A stretch of 64,000 nt of DNA from the NCBI GenBank assembly GCA_025060615.1, contig JANXBS010000002.1:130860-194859 (forward strand). The letters are read 5' to 3'. Positions 21,127-31,039 of the stretch are shown in pieces. Source of the stretch: Anaerolineae bacterium. GTDB lineage: Bacteria; Chloroflexota; Anaerolineae; DUEN01. The notes under the pieces are model-generated. The model did no database searches and was not told the DNA's origin. It saw nothing but the letters and a program-made list of their open reading frames with translations. The position numbers and the translations under genes are program-made. Each line of letters opens with the position of its first letter. The stretch's first letter is position 1.

Positions 21127-23543
21127 TGACGCTGATCCTCCTCACCATCGCCTGGTTAATCGGTATTGCGACCGCGCATCTGCTCTGGCAGAATGGCCTG
21201 ATCAACTCGAGCTGGCCTACTCTGCCCATATGGGCCGGCATCGCCGGGACCCTCTTGGTGGGCACCTGGGCTTTGCGCCGTTGGCCTCCGGGCCGGTTGG
21301 CCACTATCACCCTATTGCTCGCCGTCCTGGGCATATGGCGTTATCAGAGTCACCCGTTACAGCCCAGCGTGACTCCCAACGATCTAGCCTACTTTAACGG
21401 CGACGAGAGGCAGGGCGTTTGGGCGACCATCGAAGGTACAGTAGTTGCCGATCCCGAAGTGCGCGACCGATTCATCAACCTGCGCGTGCAGGCCGAACAA
21501 GTCACCATCCAGGGAGTTACGCATGCCGTACGCGGTCTGGCGCTGGTGCGGGCGCCTCGTTTCGCCGATTATGCTTACGGCGACCGCGTGCGAGCCTCCG
21601 GCCTTTTGCGAATCCCTCCTCGTCTAGGCGATTTTGATTATCGGGCTTATTTAGCCCGCCAGGGTGTCCATTCGGTAATAGATCGCTCACGCGTAGAGCG
21701 GCTGAGCAGAGGCGGCGGGTCACCGGTGCTCCGTGCGCTTTACCACATGCGACGTCAGGCCCAGCTCGCCATTACCCGCCTGATGCCTGAGCCGGCAGCG
21801 GCTCTGCTCAGTGGGATCTTGCTAGGGATCGGGTCTAGCATCCCTTCGGCCTTGTACGACACGTTTAACGCCACGGCCACTAGCCACATCTTGGTCATCT
21901 CCGGCTTTAACATCACCATCGTCGCCGGGGCGCTCACGGCCAGCCTAGGCCGGCTGGTGGGCAGGCGCCGGGCGACGCCGCTGGTGCTGCTGGGGATCAC
22001 CCTCTATGTACTGTTAGTAGGGGCCGATGCGGCTGTGGTGCGCGCCGGGATTATGGGAGGGCTGGGGATTCTCGCCTGGCAGCTCGGCCGACAGTCCACG
22101 GCCCTCGTCTCCCTGGCTGCTTCGGCGCTGGTGATGACAGCGATCAACCCGCTCACCTTGTGGGATTTGGGCTTTCAGTTCTCCGCAATGGCCACTTTGG
22201 GGCTGATCCTGTTTGTGCCACCGCTCCAGACGAAAGCCGAGAGCTGGTTAAGCCAAGCCTTGAGCAACGCGCGGGCAGCTCATGTTGGCGCCTTCCTCAA
22301 CGATGGCCTAATCGTCACCCTGGCCGCTCAGCTCACCACAGCGCCGCTTGTTGCGTACTACTTCGGTCGCCTTTCGCTCATCTCCCTGTTCACCAACTTT
22401 CTCATCCTGCCTGTCCAACCATACATCATGACCTGGGGCGGCGCTGCCACGCTGATAGGACTGATGCCGGGCCTGCAGCCAGCAGCCCAGGCAATCGCCT
22501 ACGTCCCCTGGCTATGCCTGGCCTATACGGTGTGGGTTGTGGAGACAACAGCCCGTCTGCCATTCGCTTCGCTCGAGTTGGGGCGATTTGCGCCCGGCTG
22601 GCTCTGGGGCTACTATGCGGGGTTGGCATTGGTGCTGGCTGGGCGTCGTCATAAAGTGGATTGGGGCGCTTGTGGACGTTCGTTGGCAAGCCGCCTGCCC
22701 GATAAGGCCGCAGCTGGCCTCCTATCTATAGTGGTCATTTTGATCTGGTTGGCCGCCATCCAGGGGCCAGATGGGCTCCTTCACGTCTTCTTCCTGGACG
22801 TGGGTCAGGGTGACGCCATCCTGATTCAGTCGCCAGGCGGCCGGCAAGTACTGATTGACGGAGGGCCCAGCCCATCGCAATTGGCATGGCAGGTAGGCCG
22901 ACATCTCCCGTTCTGGGATCGCTCCTTGGATGTCGTCGTGCTCACCCATCCGGACGGTGACCACATGAACGGGCTGATCCCGTTGATCGAGCGGTACAGC
23001 GTGAGCCTGGTTGTGGACTCTCCGCTGTCTGACATGGCATCAGAAGCACAACCGTGGATAGCGGCGCTGGAACGCCAACGGGCTACACGACAGGTAGCTC
23101 AACGGGGCACAAGAATTCACCTAGGAGATGGGGTATGGCTAGATTTCCTGCACCCGGCGATGCCGTTGCTGGAGGGAACGCGATCGGATGATAACAACAA
23201 CTCAACGGTCATCCGCCTGGGGTATGGCCGTGTGTGCTTTCTGCTGACCGGCGATCTGGAGTCGGAGGGTGAGAAGGGGCTGATGGCCTCCGGTCAGGCG
23301 TTGCGTTGCCCCATTCTCAAAGTCAGCCATCACGGCAGCGAAGGGGCTACTTCTGAGGCGTTTGTGGCCGCCGTGGCGCCGCAGATCGCGGTGATCCAAG
23401 TGGGGGCAGGCAATCGCTATGGCCATCCGGCAGCTGGGACACTGGAACGGCTTTCCGGGGCGCGCCTTTATCGCACGGACCAACATGGCACCATTGAGAT
23501 CATCACGGACGGAGAACGGCTATGGGTACGCACCGAGCGTTAA
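21127..23543 (+). CDS. comEC: DNA internalization competence protein ComEC/Rec2 (DUF4131 + competence + metallo-beta-lactamase domains)
   Basis: N-terminal TM/DUF4131, central polytopic competence domain, C-terminal MBL motif (HPDGDHMNG...KVSHHGSE). GTG start at 21127, 5 nt after GGGAGGG. Confidence 0.85.
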
Positions 23544-23637
23544 GCATGGCCTCAGGGCCACGTCGTCGAGTTGTTTGCTCATTCAGGGCCCTGTGGTAGA
23601 ATCCCCCCGGAGAATGCTGGAGCAGGGAGAACGCGAG

Positions 23638-24147
23638 ATGAAGCTCATGGATTGGCAGTTTCTCCGCCGGATTCGACAGCATCATGCGATCGAGCACGCC
23701 ACCATCAATATCCTGACTCAACGCAACCCGCGCCGGCATCTGGTCGCCCGCAGCGACCAGAACGGGTTTTATGTATATGGCCCGATTGAGACGGACGAGC
23801 TTCAGGAAGCGGTAAACGAGGCGTTACGCCGGCTCCAGGCTGGCGAGCACGACCTGGCTATCCATCCGAACTGTGGCACCAACATCGTGACCGCGGGTGT
23901 GATGGCCGGCCTGACGGGGGTCTTGATCACAGCGGGCCAGCGTCGGCGCTGGTGGGAGCAACTGCCGTTGGTGCTGGCAGCTACTACCTTGGCCCTCTTG
24001 GCCGCTCAACCCATCGGCTATCTGGCCCAGGAGCGGGTGACCACCCTGGCCGATGTCCAGGGGGTGCGCCTGGACCGCGTGGAACGCCGCTCTTGGGGAG
24101 GAACTCATGTCCATCGTGTGGAATTCACGCGGGAGCCGGCACGGTGA
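23638..24147 (+). CDS. Conserved hypothetical protein (HxxEH and HPNCGT motifs, C-terminal hydrophobic helix)
   Basis: 169 aa starting MKLMDWQFLRRIRQHHAIEHATINIL, with a GGGAGA RBS. Its stop overlaps the holA GTG start (GTGA). Confidence 0.5.
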   Translation: MKLMDWQFLRRIRQHHAIEHATINILTQRNPRRHLVARSDQNGFYVYGPIETDELQEAVNEALRRLQAGEHDLAIHPNCGTNIVTAGVMAGLTGVLITAGQRRRWWEQLPLVLAATTLALLAAQPIGYLAQERVTTLADVQGVRLDRVERRSWGGTHVHRVEFTREPAR

Positions 24148-25175
24148 TCCACCTGATCCACGGTGAGGAGGAGTTTCTGCGCTCCCGCCAACTGGCTGCG
24201 ATCCGGCAACAGGCCGGCCCTTCGGAGTTGGTCGAGCTCAACACCATCGAGCTTGCAGGCGATCGCGTGACGCCGAGCGAGCTACGAAACGCAGCCGATG
24301 CGGTCCCCTTCCTTTGTGAACATCGCCTGGTCATCGTCCATAACGGCCTAAGACGATGGGGGGACCAACCCGCCGAGATAGAAAAGCTCCTGAGCTATCT
24401 GGATCGTCTGCCGCAGACTACGGAGCTGATCTTCGTAGAGGAGCAAAAACTCGATCCTCGCCACCCGATCCTGCGTCACCTGCTCGCTTTGGAACAAGCT
24501 GGACAGGCCCGCGTCTATCTCTGCCTAACTCCTTCTCCTCGTGAGTTGCCTCAGTGGGTAAGAGACCACGCCCGCAGTAAAGGAGTGGCCATCTCCCCGG
24601 AGGCGGCAACGGCGTTAGCCGACTCGATCGGCCCAGATCTGCGTCTAATAGACGTAGAACTGGACAAGCTCGTCGCCTATGTGAGCCCGCGCCGGCGCAT
24701 TGAAGAAGCCGATGTCCACGCAGTGGTGCCCTATGCTCAGGCGGGCAACGTCTTCCATCTCGCCGATGCCATCGCAGAGCGGCGAACAGAGCAGGCATTC
24801 GTTTTGCTCCGCCGTCTGCGTGAATCGGGAAGCCCAGCCCCTTATCTGATCACCATGATCCAGCGGCAACTCCGTATCCTCCTGCAAGTGAGCGAGCTCA
24901 CCCGTGCAAGGGTCCCCTTCAACGAGATCATCTCCAGACTGGGCCTGCGTGACTTCATAGTCCGACGGGCCCAGCAACAAGCCCGCCACTGGACGACATC
25001 CGAGCTGATAGATGCGTTCCAGCTCCTCCTATCCGCCGATCTGGCGATCAAGACCGGACAACTGGACGAGGACACCGCGTTGGACCTGTTGCTAGTAGCC
25101 TTGATCTCGCGCGCGAAGCCGGACATACACAAAGAGCCGACTGGGCTGCGGCCTGCCTATCAGCTCTATCGGTAA
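24144..25175 (+). CDS. holA: DNA polymerase III subunit delta
   Basis: About 343 aa. N-terminus IHLIHGEEEFLRSRQLAAI, with C-terminal delta subunit helices. Conserved position after comEC. Confidence 0.8.
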   Translation: MIHLIHGEEEFLRSRQLAAIRQQAGPSELVELNTIELAGDRVTPSELRNAADAVPFLCEHRLVIVHNGLRRWGDQPAEIEKLLSYLDRLPQTTELIFVEEQKLDPRHPILRHLLALEQAGQARVYLCLTPSPRELPQWVRDHARSKGVAISPEAATALADSIGPDLRLIDVELDKLVAYVSPRRRIEEADVHAVVPYAQAGNVFHLADAIAERRTEQAFVLLRRLRESGSPAPYLITMIQRQLRILLQVSELTRARVPFNEIISRLGLRDFIVRRAQQQARHWTTSELIDAFQLLLSADLAIKTGQLDEDTALDLLLVALISRAKPDIHKEPTGLRPAYQLYR

Positions 25176-25555
25176 GTCTCATCCCCTTCTTCCGCCGCCT
25201 CATCTAGCCACCTTAGCGATCCGTCATCACCGATAATACGGAAACGGCGCTCCGCAGGTGGGGTCAAGGGAGGGACGTTCGAAGGTGAGAACGGCCAGTT
25301 TGGCTGCTGCGTCCCAGGGTTCAGCACGATCACGGGCGGCATGTAACGCTCATAGTTAGTTCGATCGGCCATCGTCCGGTCAACGGCGGATCGGCGTGAC
25401 GCTGCGATGATCAAAAGGCTGGTGGGGATTGAGGCGGCGACTCCGAAGATCACGCCGATAACGACTGCCATTGCATCAGTGCTCATACGCTGCCCGATGG
25501 TTACGGCCAAAGTGACTACAAACGCTAGGCATGCCACAGGTATAAGCCGTTTCAT
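25166..25555 (-). CDS. Small membrane protein (2 TM) with Pro-rich cytoplasmic tail
   Basis: MKRLIPVACLAFVVTLAVTIG...VVIGVIFGVAASIPTSLLIIAA. Its ATG overlaps the FtsK-like stop as ATGA at 25552-25555, consistent with translational coupling. Confidence 0.5.
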   Translation of the reverse strand: MKRLIPVACLAFVVTLAVTIGQRMSTDAMAVVIGVIFGVAASIPTSLLIIAASRRSAVDRTMADRTNYERYMPPVIVLNPGTQQPNWPFSPSNVPPLTPPAERRFRIIGDDGSLRWLDEAAEEGDETYR

Positions 25556-26817
25556 CGCTGATATCTCCTGTCCGGTGATGGTGAGCTCCAACCTCCTGTC
25601 AGCAACCCTCGTGCGCGTGCCATCCAGCCCAGCGGCCGTTCGGGTTTTGCTTCTCTAACACTCCAGCGCCGGGAATTGCGAGGGATCTCCCGCAGATGGG
25701 CAACCGCGGCTTCTGCGGTTGCTTCGGAGATGTACGCCGCCTGGAATCGCCACATCTGCCCATGGGTGACCAGCAGGAAATCGCCCTGGCCGAGAAGCTT
25801 CTCAGCCCCCGAACCGGCCAACCCAGTGGCGATCTTAGCCTCTTCCGGCGTCGTCACTGCGCCTACCAGCCGCACAGGGAAATTGGCCTTGGTCAGGGCG
25901 CCTACCGCGGAGGCTGTCGGCTTCTGGGTGGCCGCGATAAGGTGGATGCCTGCCTCCCGCCCACGTTGGGCCAGGCGCCGGATGCCTCTTTCTACCGGCG
26001 CGCCGCCGGCCTCGATCAGATCGGCTAGCTCATCTACGGCCACCACGATGGCCGGCGAATTGCAGCGCTGCCGATCCCGTCGCTCCATCTCCTCGATCAG
26101 CCGCTGAAGCACCATTCCAGCTTGGCCTGGATCAGATACGGGGGGGACAAGCAAATGTGGTAGCTGGAACAGCGGCGCCAGGCCTCGGCCTTTCGGGTCT
26201 AAAAGCACGATCTGTAAGCGACCTTGCGGGTTGTGGAGTGCCAAGCTCAGCAACAACGAGCGCATTAGCGCCGTTTTACCGCTGCCGCTGGTGCCGACGA
26301 TCAAGGCGTGGACAACGTCCGGGCTGGGCAGACGGAGGAGCAACGGCACGCCGGATTCATCGAGCCCCAGCACTGCGGTCATGGGTGGGATGCGCGCCAG
26401 CCTCTGACACAGCGGCAACAGCTCGACCGGCGCAGGCCTCTCCCGTGGGATTTCTACTTGGATGGTTCCGCCGCTACGGTAGATGCGGGCAGACCGAACT
26501 CCCAGAGCCATGGCGATCTCCTCGGCAAGGTTGCTGATTTGGCGGACGCGAGTCCCCATGCCCGTAGTCAGCTCAAAGCGCACCACGCGAGGCAGCACGA
26601 CGCCGCCCCACACCCGCCCCGGTATCCGATGCGAAGCCAGCACGGCTTCGATCTGGGCAGCTTCCATCTGCAATCGGCGACGCATAGGCAACCCTCCGTC
26701 TCTAACCATGACATGCATTGGCGCTCTGAGACAAGACACCAGGAAATAGATCAAATGTTCTAATTCCATTGTAGCAGAACCTTTGATCTGTGTCAAGCTG
26801 TCGTCATCTGTGATCAT
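25552..26817 (-). CDS. FtsK/SpoIIIE-family ATPase, motor domain only (no N-terminal TM, no gamma domain)
   Basis: Walker A (VGTSGSGKT), conserved LDPKG, Walker B (VVAVDELADL), and ATQKPT/KANFPVRLVG with the Arg finger region. 421 aa. Confidence 0.8.
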   Translation of the reverse strand: MITDDDSLTQIKGSATMELEHLIYFLVSCLRAPMHVMVRDGGLPMRRRLQMEAAQIEAVLASHRIPGRVWGGVVLPRVVRFELTTGMGTRVRQISNLAEEIAMALGVRSARIYRSGGTIQVEIPRERPAPVELLPLCQRLARIPPMTAVLGLDESGVPLLLRLPSPDVVHALIVGTSGSGKTALMRSLLLSLALHNPQGRLQIVLLDPKGRGLAPLFQLPHLLVPPVSDPGQAGMVLQRLIEEMERRDRQRCNSPAIVVAVDELADLIEAGGAPVERGIRRLAQRGREAGIHLIAATQKPTASAVGALTKANFPVRLVGAVTTPEEAKIATGLAGSGAEKLLGQGDFLLVTHGQMWRFQAAYISEATAEAAVAHLREIPRNSRRWSVREAKPERPLGWMARARGLLTGGWSSPSPDRRYQR

Positions 26818-27123
26818 CCGCTGACAATATGGTGATTTCTTAGGATTGGATCACTTCGTTGACAGAGCGGCGCGGAAACCACCGTCACCTGCGCCAACGT
26901 GGACCAGGACAACGCCGCCAACGAATTCGAAGAGGGCAATAACGAAGCCTAGCGAGATGTCTCCGCAGGTCTGGCCAGCCCTGCATCCTGGACATCTGAC
27001 TCGATTTGCCGTTTTGGGGAGGGAAAGATTTTGGCTCTATTTGCCGCCCATCATATGGAATTGCTAGGGAAGGCTTTGGAGGAGCGGAGAAGTATGTGCC
27101 TTCGCAAAATGAGCTTGATAGTC

Positions 27124-27630
27124 TTATATGAACGGCTGCCCAAACCGCTCACGATGAGCGATCTCGGACAGCGGCTTGCGCTGTTTCCGGCCTCGGCCAA
27201 CAGCCTGAGCCGGATATCCGAAAGAGACAATAGCCAACACGTCTAGGTGGTCCGGGATGCTCAGGAGCGCCTTGACCTCAGCCATGTTCAGAAAGCCCAC
27301 CCAATTTGAGCCAACCCCTTCCGACCACGCCGTCAGGATCATAGACTGGATCGCGCGGCTGCCATCGGATACTGCGAACCTCGTCTTCTCAACCGCCACG
27401 ACGATCGCCAGAGGTGCCTGTGCAACATATGGCCCGGTTCGCGCAAGCGCGCCGAGCTGCCGCAGCGTCTCCCGATCCTCGATCACAATGAAATGCCAAG
27501 GCTGGCGATTCATGGCGCTTCCCGTGAGTCGTCCGGCCTCGAGGATTCGCCGGATCACCTCCGGCGGCACTGGGGTTTCCCGGTAAGCACGTACAGCGAG
27601 CACCGTACGTACGGCGTCAAAGACCTCCAT
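27124..27630 (-). CDS. Nitroreductase family protein
   Basis: 168 aa with the nitroreductase fold signature (RQPWHFIVI...SNWVG...FGYP). Confidence 0.85.
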   Translation of the reverse strand: MEVFDAVRTVLAVRAYRETPVPPEVIRRILEAGRLTGSAMNRQPWHFIVIEDRETLRQLGALARTGPYVAQAPLAIVVAVEKTRFAVSDGSRAIQSMILTAWSEGVGSNWVGFLNMAEVKALLSIPDHLDVLAIVSFGYPAQAVGRGRKQRKPLSEIAHRERFGQPFI

Positions 27631-27641
27631 CGCCCCACCTC

Positions 27642-27935
27642 CTACTCAATCAGCTCGATCTCGTAATCTACGACTTCCAAATCCATACGCCACGACTCGA
27701 CGGCACGTGCCACTTCTGTCAACAGCCCGTGGACATACTCTGTGCTGGAAGAGACACATGCCACCCCCAGCACAGCGCGCTGCCATGCATCCTGCGCTTC
27801 GATCTCGGAGACAGAGACATTAAACTCGTGGCGAAGCCGAGAGATCAGCGGCTTGAGCACATGGCGTTTGCCCTTCAGCGAGCCATTACCTGGTAAGCGC
27901 AGTTCTAATGTGAGCAGACCGACAACCATAGGCAT
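27642..27935 (-). CDS. DUF503 family protein
   Basis: 97 aa. N-terminus MVVGLLTLELRLPGNGSLKGKRHVL is typical of DUF503/YlxP-like proteins. Confidence 0.7.
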   Translation of the reverse strand: MPMVVGLLTLELRLPGNGSLKGKRHVLKPLISRLRHEFNVSVSEIEAQDAWQRAVLGVACVSSSTEYVHGLLTEVARAVESWRMDLEVVDYEIELIE

Positions 27936-28023
27936 CTACCCGGGTTCCAGATACAACGAAAACTGGCCTACAAGTGAAACGCGACAGAGCCGGTCAAGGC
28001 ATTTCAGATGCTCACTGGGATTC

Positions 28024-28878
28024 CTACTTTCCACCGGCCGACTTCCCCACGCGGCTGATCCATTCGGGATGTGCGTACCTCTGCGCGCGCAACCTAGCGG
28101 CGATCTCCCGCTCAACTGAAGAGAGGCTCCCTGGCTTTAGGTGCAAGTTCAACGCCTGTGCAAATCCCTCAGCCATCGCTTGCGCCGCCTCGGCAAAGGA
28201 AACCGAACGACCTAGGGCCAGTTCTACGGTGAGGGCGCGCTCGCGCAGGGCTTCCCGCAGCCTAGCCCGCGTCGACTCATCAGGCAGGGCCAGACAATCC
28301 ACCACCCGCGTGAGATCGCCCCACAACGGTAGTGTGCCATGCTGCAACACCACGCGTCCAGTCCGATATTGGGCGCTTCCCATCAGCTTATGGCCACTCA
28401 CACAGATTTCATAAGCAGATGGCACCTCAAAGCAGGCGGCTGAAGCGTTTGGCCCTATCCGGTTCGTACCAGGAGCCTCATCTGCGGGAATACCTAGCAG
28501 CCGCAGGCCGGCTACCAGCCCCAGGCTCAGCCGATGATACGCGTCCATGACGCCACCAGCCACCCGCGGATCATCGTCGGGCGCTGCTACCGAATAGGTG
28601 AGCTCGTCTGTATGCAAGATAGCGCGGCCGCCAGTCGGACGGCGAACGACGTCATAGCCTCGCGCCGCACACATGTCGAGGTCAATGTCTGATAGCCTCT
28701 GATGACGTCCCAGCGACACGCAGGGTGGCTCCCACATGTAGAATCGCAGCGTGGGCGGAGCGATCCCCTGCGCCACTGCCTGGGCAATCGCCTCGTCTAT
28801 CGCCATGTTAGTGGGCCCATCGGCCGCGCCGTCTACGATCAGACGCCAGGTCGTCCTCGGAAAAGTCTCACCGTCCAT
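28024..28878 (-). CDS. Lipoate--protein ligase / octanoyltransferase family protein (BPL_LplA_LipB domain)
   Basis: Catalytic lysine region (CVSGHKLMGSAQYR) and LplA-like core. Start taken at MDGETF; the long upstream extension overlapping coaBC is unlikely. Confidence 0.7.
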   Translation of the reverse strand: MDGETFPRTTWRLIVDGAADGPTNMAIDEAIAQAVAQGIAPPTLRFYMWEPPCVSLGRHQRLSDIDLDMCAARGYDVVRRPTGGRAILHTDELTYSVAAPDDDPRVAGGVMDAYHRLSLGLVAGLRLLGIPADEAPGTNRIGPNASAACFEVPSAYEICVSGHKLMGSAQYRTGRVVLQHGTLPLWGDLTRVVDCLALPDESTRARLREALRERALTVELALGRSVSFAEAAQAMAEGFAQALNLHLKPGSLSSVEREIAARLRAQRYAHPEWISRVGKSAGGK

Positions 28879-29053
28879 ACGAGATCGCAGTATAAACATC
28901 GCTCCTCTGTCTGTCAATACGAGCACGCCAGGGATGTCGTCTAGGTACCGCGGCAACGTAGGGCTTAACCCGCCAGAGATCCGCCGCTTGCCGGCCCCTG
29001 TTCGGCATTGTAGAATATGGTCGTGATCGTAGGCTTCTGCCAGCGAGGGGACG

Positions 29054-30319
29054 ATGATCCTAAAGGATAAACGCATTCTCTTGGGCGTTACCGGCTGTAT
29101 CGCTGCGTATAAAGCCGCCCATCTGGCCAGTCGTCTGGCTCAAGCGGGCGCGCACGTGGACGTGATCATGACTCAGGCAGCCACTCGCTTCGTCACCCCC
29201 ATGACCTTTCAGGCGGTCACGCAGCGGCCCGTGCACGTGGACCTGTGGCAGCCCGTCTTAAACGGAGAACACGCTCGCATCTCCCATGTTCATCTAGCTC
29301 AACGAGCTGACCTGTTTATCATCGCACCCTGCACCGCTAACACGCTCGCTCGGTTGGCCTATGGCATGGCTGATGATCTCCTCACTTCGACCGCGCTGAG
29401 CTGCATCGCGCCGTGCCTGATCGCGCCGGCGATGGAATCGCACATGTGGGCCCATCCGGCCACCCAGGCCAGCGTGGAGATGTTGCGCAACCGTGGGGTG
29501 ACGTTTATCGGTCCAGTTGCTGGGCACTTGGCCTCCGGCGCTGAGGGCGTGGGACGCATGGCCGAGCCAGAAGAAATCATGGAAGCAGCGAGAGCACTGT
29601 TGGGACGTAACGGCCCCCTGGCCGGCCGGCGTGTGGTGATCACTGCCGGAGGCACGCGCGAGCCCATTGACCCGGTGCGATACATCGGCAATCGCTCGTC
29701 TGGCAAGATGGGGGTCGCGCTGGCGCGAGCAGCTCGGGACCTGGGCGCACGCGTCATCCTCATCCATGGGCCTCTCCAAGTGCCGGTGCCATGGGGAGTC
29801 GAAGCTCAATACGCTGAGACGGCCCAGGCGATGTATGAGGCCACGTTGGCTGTCCTCCCTGAGACCGACGTCCTGGTAGGAGCTGCCGCTGTAGCCGATT
29901 ATCGCCCAGCTGAGCCGGCTGCCGAAAAGCTGAAGAAAGAGGAAAAGGAGGAGCTCACCATCCGGCTGGTGCGCACGCCGGATATCCTGGCCGAGGTGGG
30001 ACGACGAAGGCGCGAGCTAGGCCGGCCATATGTGGTCGTCGGCTTTGCGGCGGAAACGCACGACCTGCTCGCCCACGCACAGGAGAAGCTGCGATCTAAG
30101 AACCTGGATCTGGTCATCGCCAATGACGTTTCGGCGCCCGATGCCGGCTTCGAAGTGGATACCAATCGGGTGACCTTATTGCGTCGGGATGGTGAGCCCG
30201 AACCATGGCCTTTGCTTTCTAAGGAGGAGGTCGCTGAGCGAGTCATGGCCCAGGTGGTACTTCACTTACATCCTTCTTCCTGCGATCTCGAGCCATGTGG
30301 GAGCTCACCTGCGAGCTGA
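29054..30319 (+). CDS. coaBC: Bifunctional phosphopantothenoylcysteine decarboxylase / phosphopantothenate--cysteine ligase
   Basis: N-terminal flavoprotein domain (ILLGVTGCIAAYKA) plus C-terminal DFP/CoaB domain. 421 aa. Confidence 0.9.
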   Translation: MILKDKRILLGVTGCIAAYKAAHLASRLAQAGAHVDVIMTQAATRFVTPMTFQAVTQRPVHVDLWQPVLNGEHARISHVHLAQRADLFIIAPCTANTLARLAYGMADDLLTSTALSCIAPCLIAPAMESHMWAHPATQASVEMLRNRGVTFIGPVAGHLASGAEGVGRMAEPEEIMEAARALLGRNGPLAGRRVVITAGGTREPIDPVRYIGNRSSGKMGVALARAARDLGARVILIHGPLQVPVPWGVEAQYAETAQAMYEATLAVLPETDVLVGAAAVADYRPAEPAAEKLKKEEKEELTIRLVRTPDILAEVGRRRRELGRPYVVVGFAAETHDLLAHAQEKLRSKNLDLVIANDVSAPDAGFEVDTNRVTLLRRDGEPEPWPLLSKEEVAERVMAQVVLHLHPSSCDLEPCGSSPAS

Positions 30320-30328
30320 AGCTACCCG

Positions 30329-30925
30329 ATGCTCGTAGGAGGTGCTAACATGAGGCCCAAAATGCCCTCTCGATGGCACATCTTTTGTGTACTGGCCTTC
30401 CTGTTGGCCGCCTGTGCCCAAGGTGGTGGGACGCTTACGCTTCAGGAGACGAAGGCCGCGCTGACGATATCACTGACCAGTCCCGCTTTTGTTGAGGGGG
30501 GAACGATTCCCGTCAAGCATACCTGTGACGGCGAGGATCTCTCGCCGCCATTCCAATGGCGTAACGTGCCCCAAGCCACAAAGAGCTTAGCCTTGATCGG
30601 TGACGACCCGGATGCCCCGGGGCATACCTTCGTCCATTGGGTGCTCTACGGCATCCCGCCGACGGCGGAAGGGTTGCCGGAAGGGATCCCTGCTATGGAG
30701 GTTCTCCCAGATGGAGCCCGACAGGGGATGAATGACTTCCAGCGCATCGGCTACGGCGGGCCCTGCCCGCCGGCAGGGAAACCTCATCGCTACGTCTTCA
30801 AGCTCTACGCCCTGGACGTTGAGCTCGCCCTGGCGCCTGGAGCGACAGCACAAGACCTAATGCGAGCGATGGAAGGTCATATCCTGGCCGAAGGGCGATT
30901 GATAGGAACGTACCAGAGAAGGTAG
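30329..30925 (+). CDS. YbhB/YbcL-family PEBP (Raf-kinase-inhibitor-like) lipoprotein
   Basis: Signal peptide with lipobox (LLAACA). PEBP motifs DPDAPG...HWVLYGIP. Confidence 0.8.
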   Translation: MLVGGANMRPKMPSRWHIFCVLAFLLAACAQGGGTLTLQETKAALTISLTSPAFVEGGTIPVKHTCDGEDLSPPFQWRNVPQATKSLALIGDDPDAPGHTFVHWVLYGIPPTAEGLPEGIPAMEVLPDGARQGMNDFQRIGYGGPCPPAGKPHRYVFKLYALDVELALAPGATAQDLMRAMEGHILAEGRLIGTYQRR

Positions 30926-31039
30926 CAGCTCTGCATCTCGTCCTGGAGGATTTGCCATCCTAATCCCGTTCTCCTGGACCTGGGAGTTCAGACGAAGTAA
31001 AATAGAAGTGCCTGGGATGATGGCTTCAAGGAGGAGAAG

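Noticed and set aside
29294-30246. Minus-strand ORFs inside coaBC (29294..29809, 29359..29763, 29899..30246)
   Set aside because: Low-complexity Arg/Ala/Ser-rich translations opposite a confidently identified gene.
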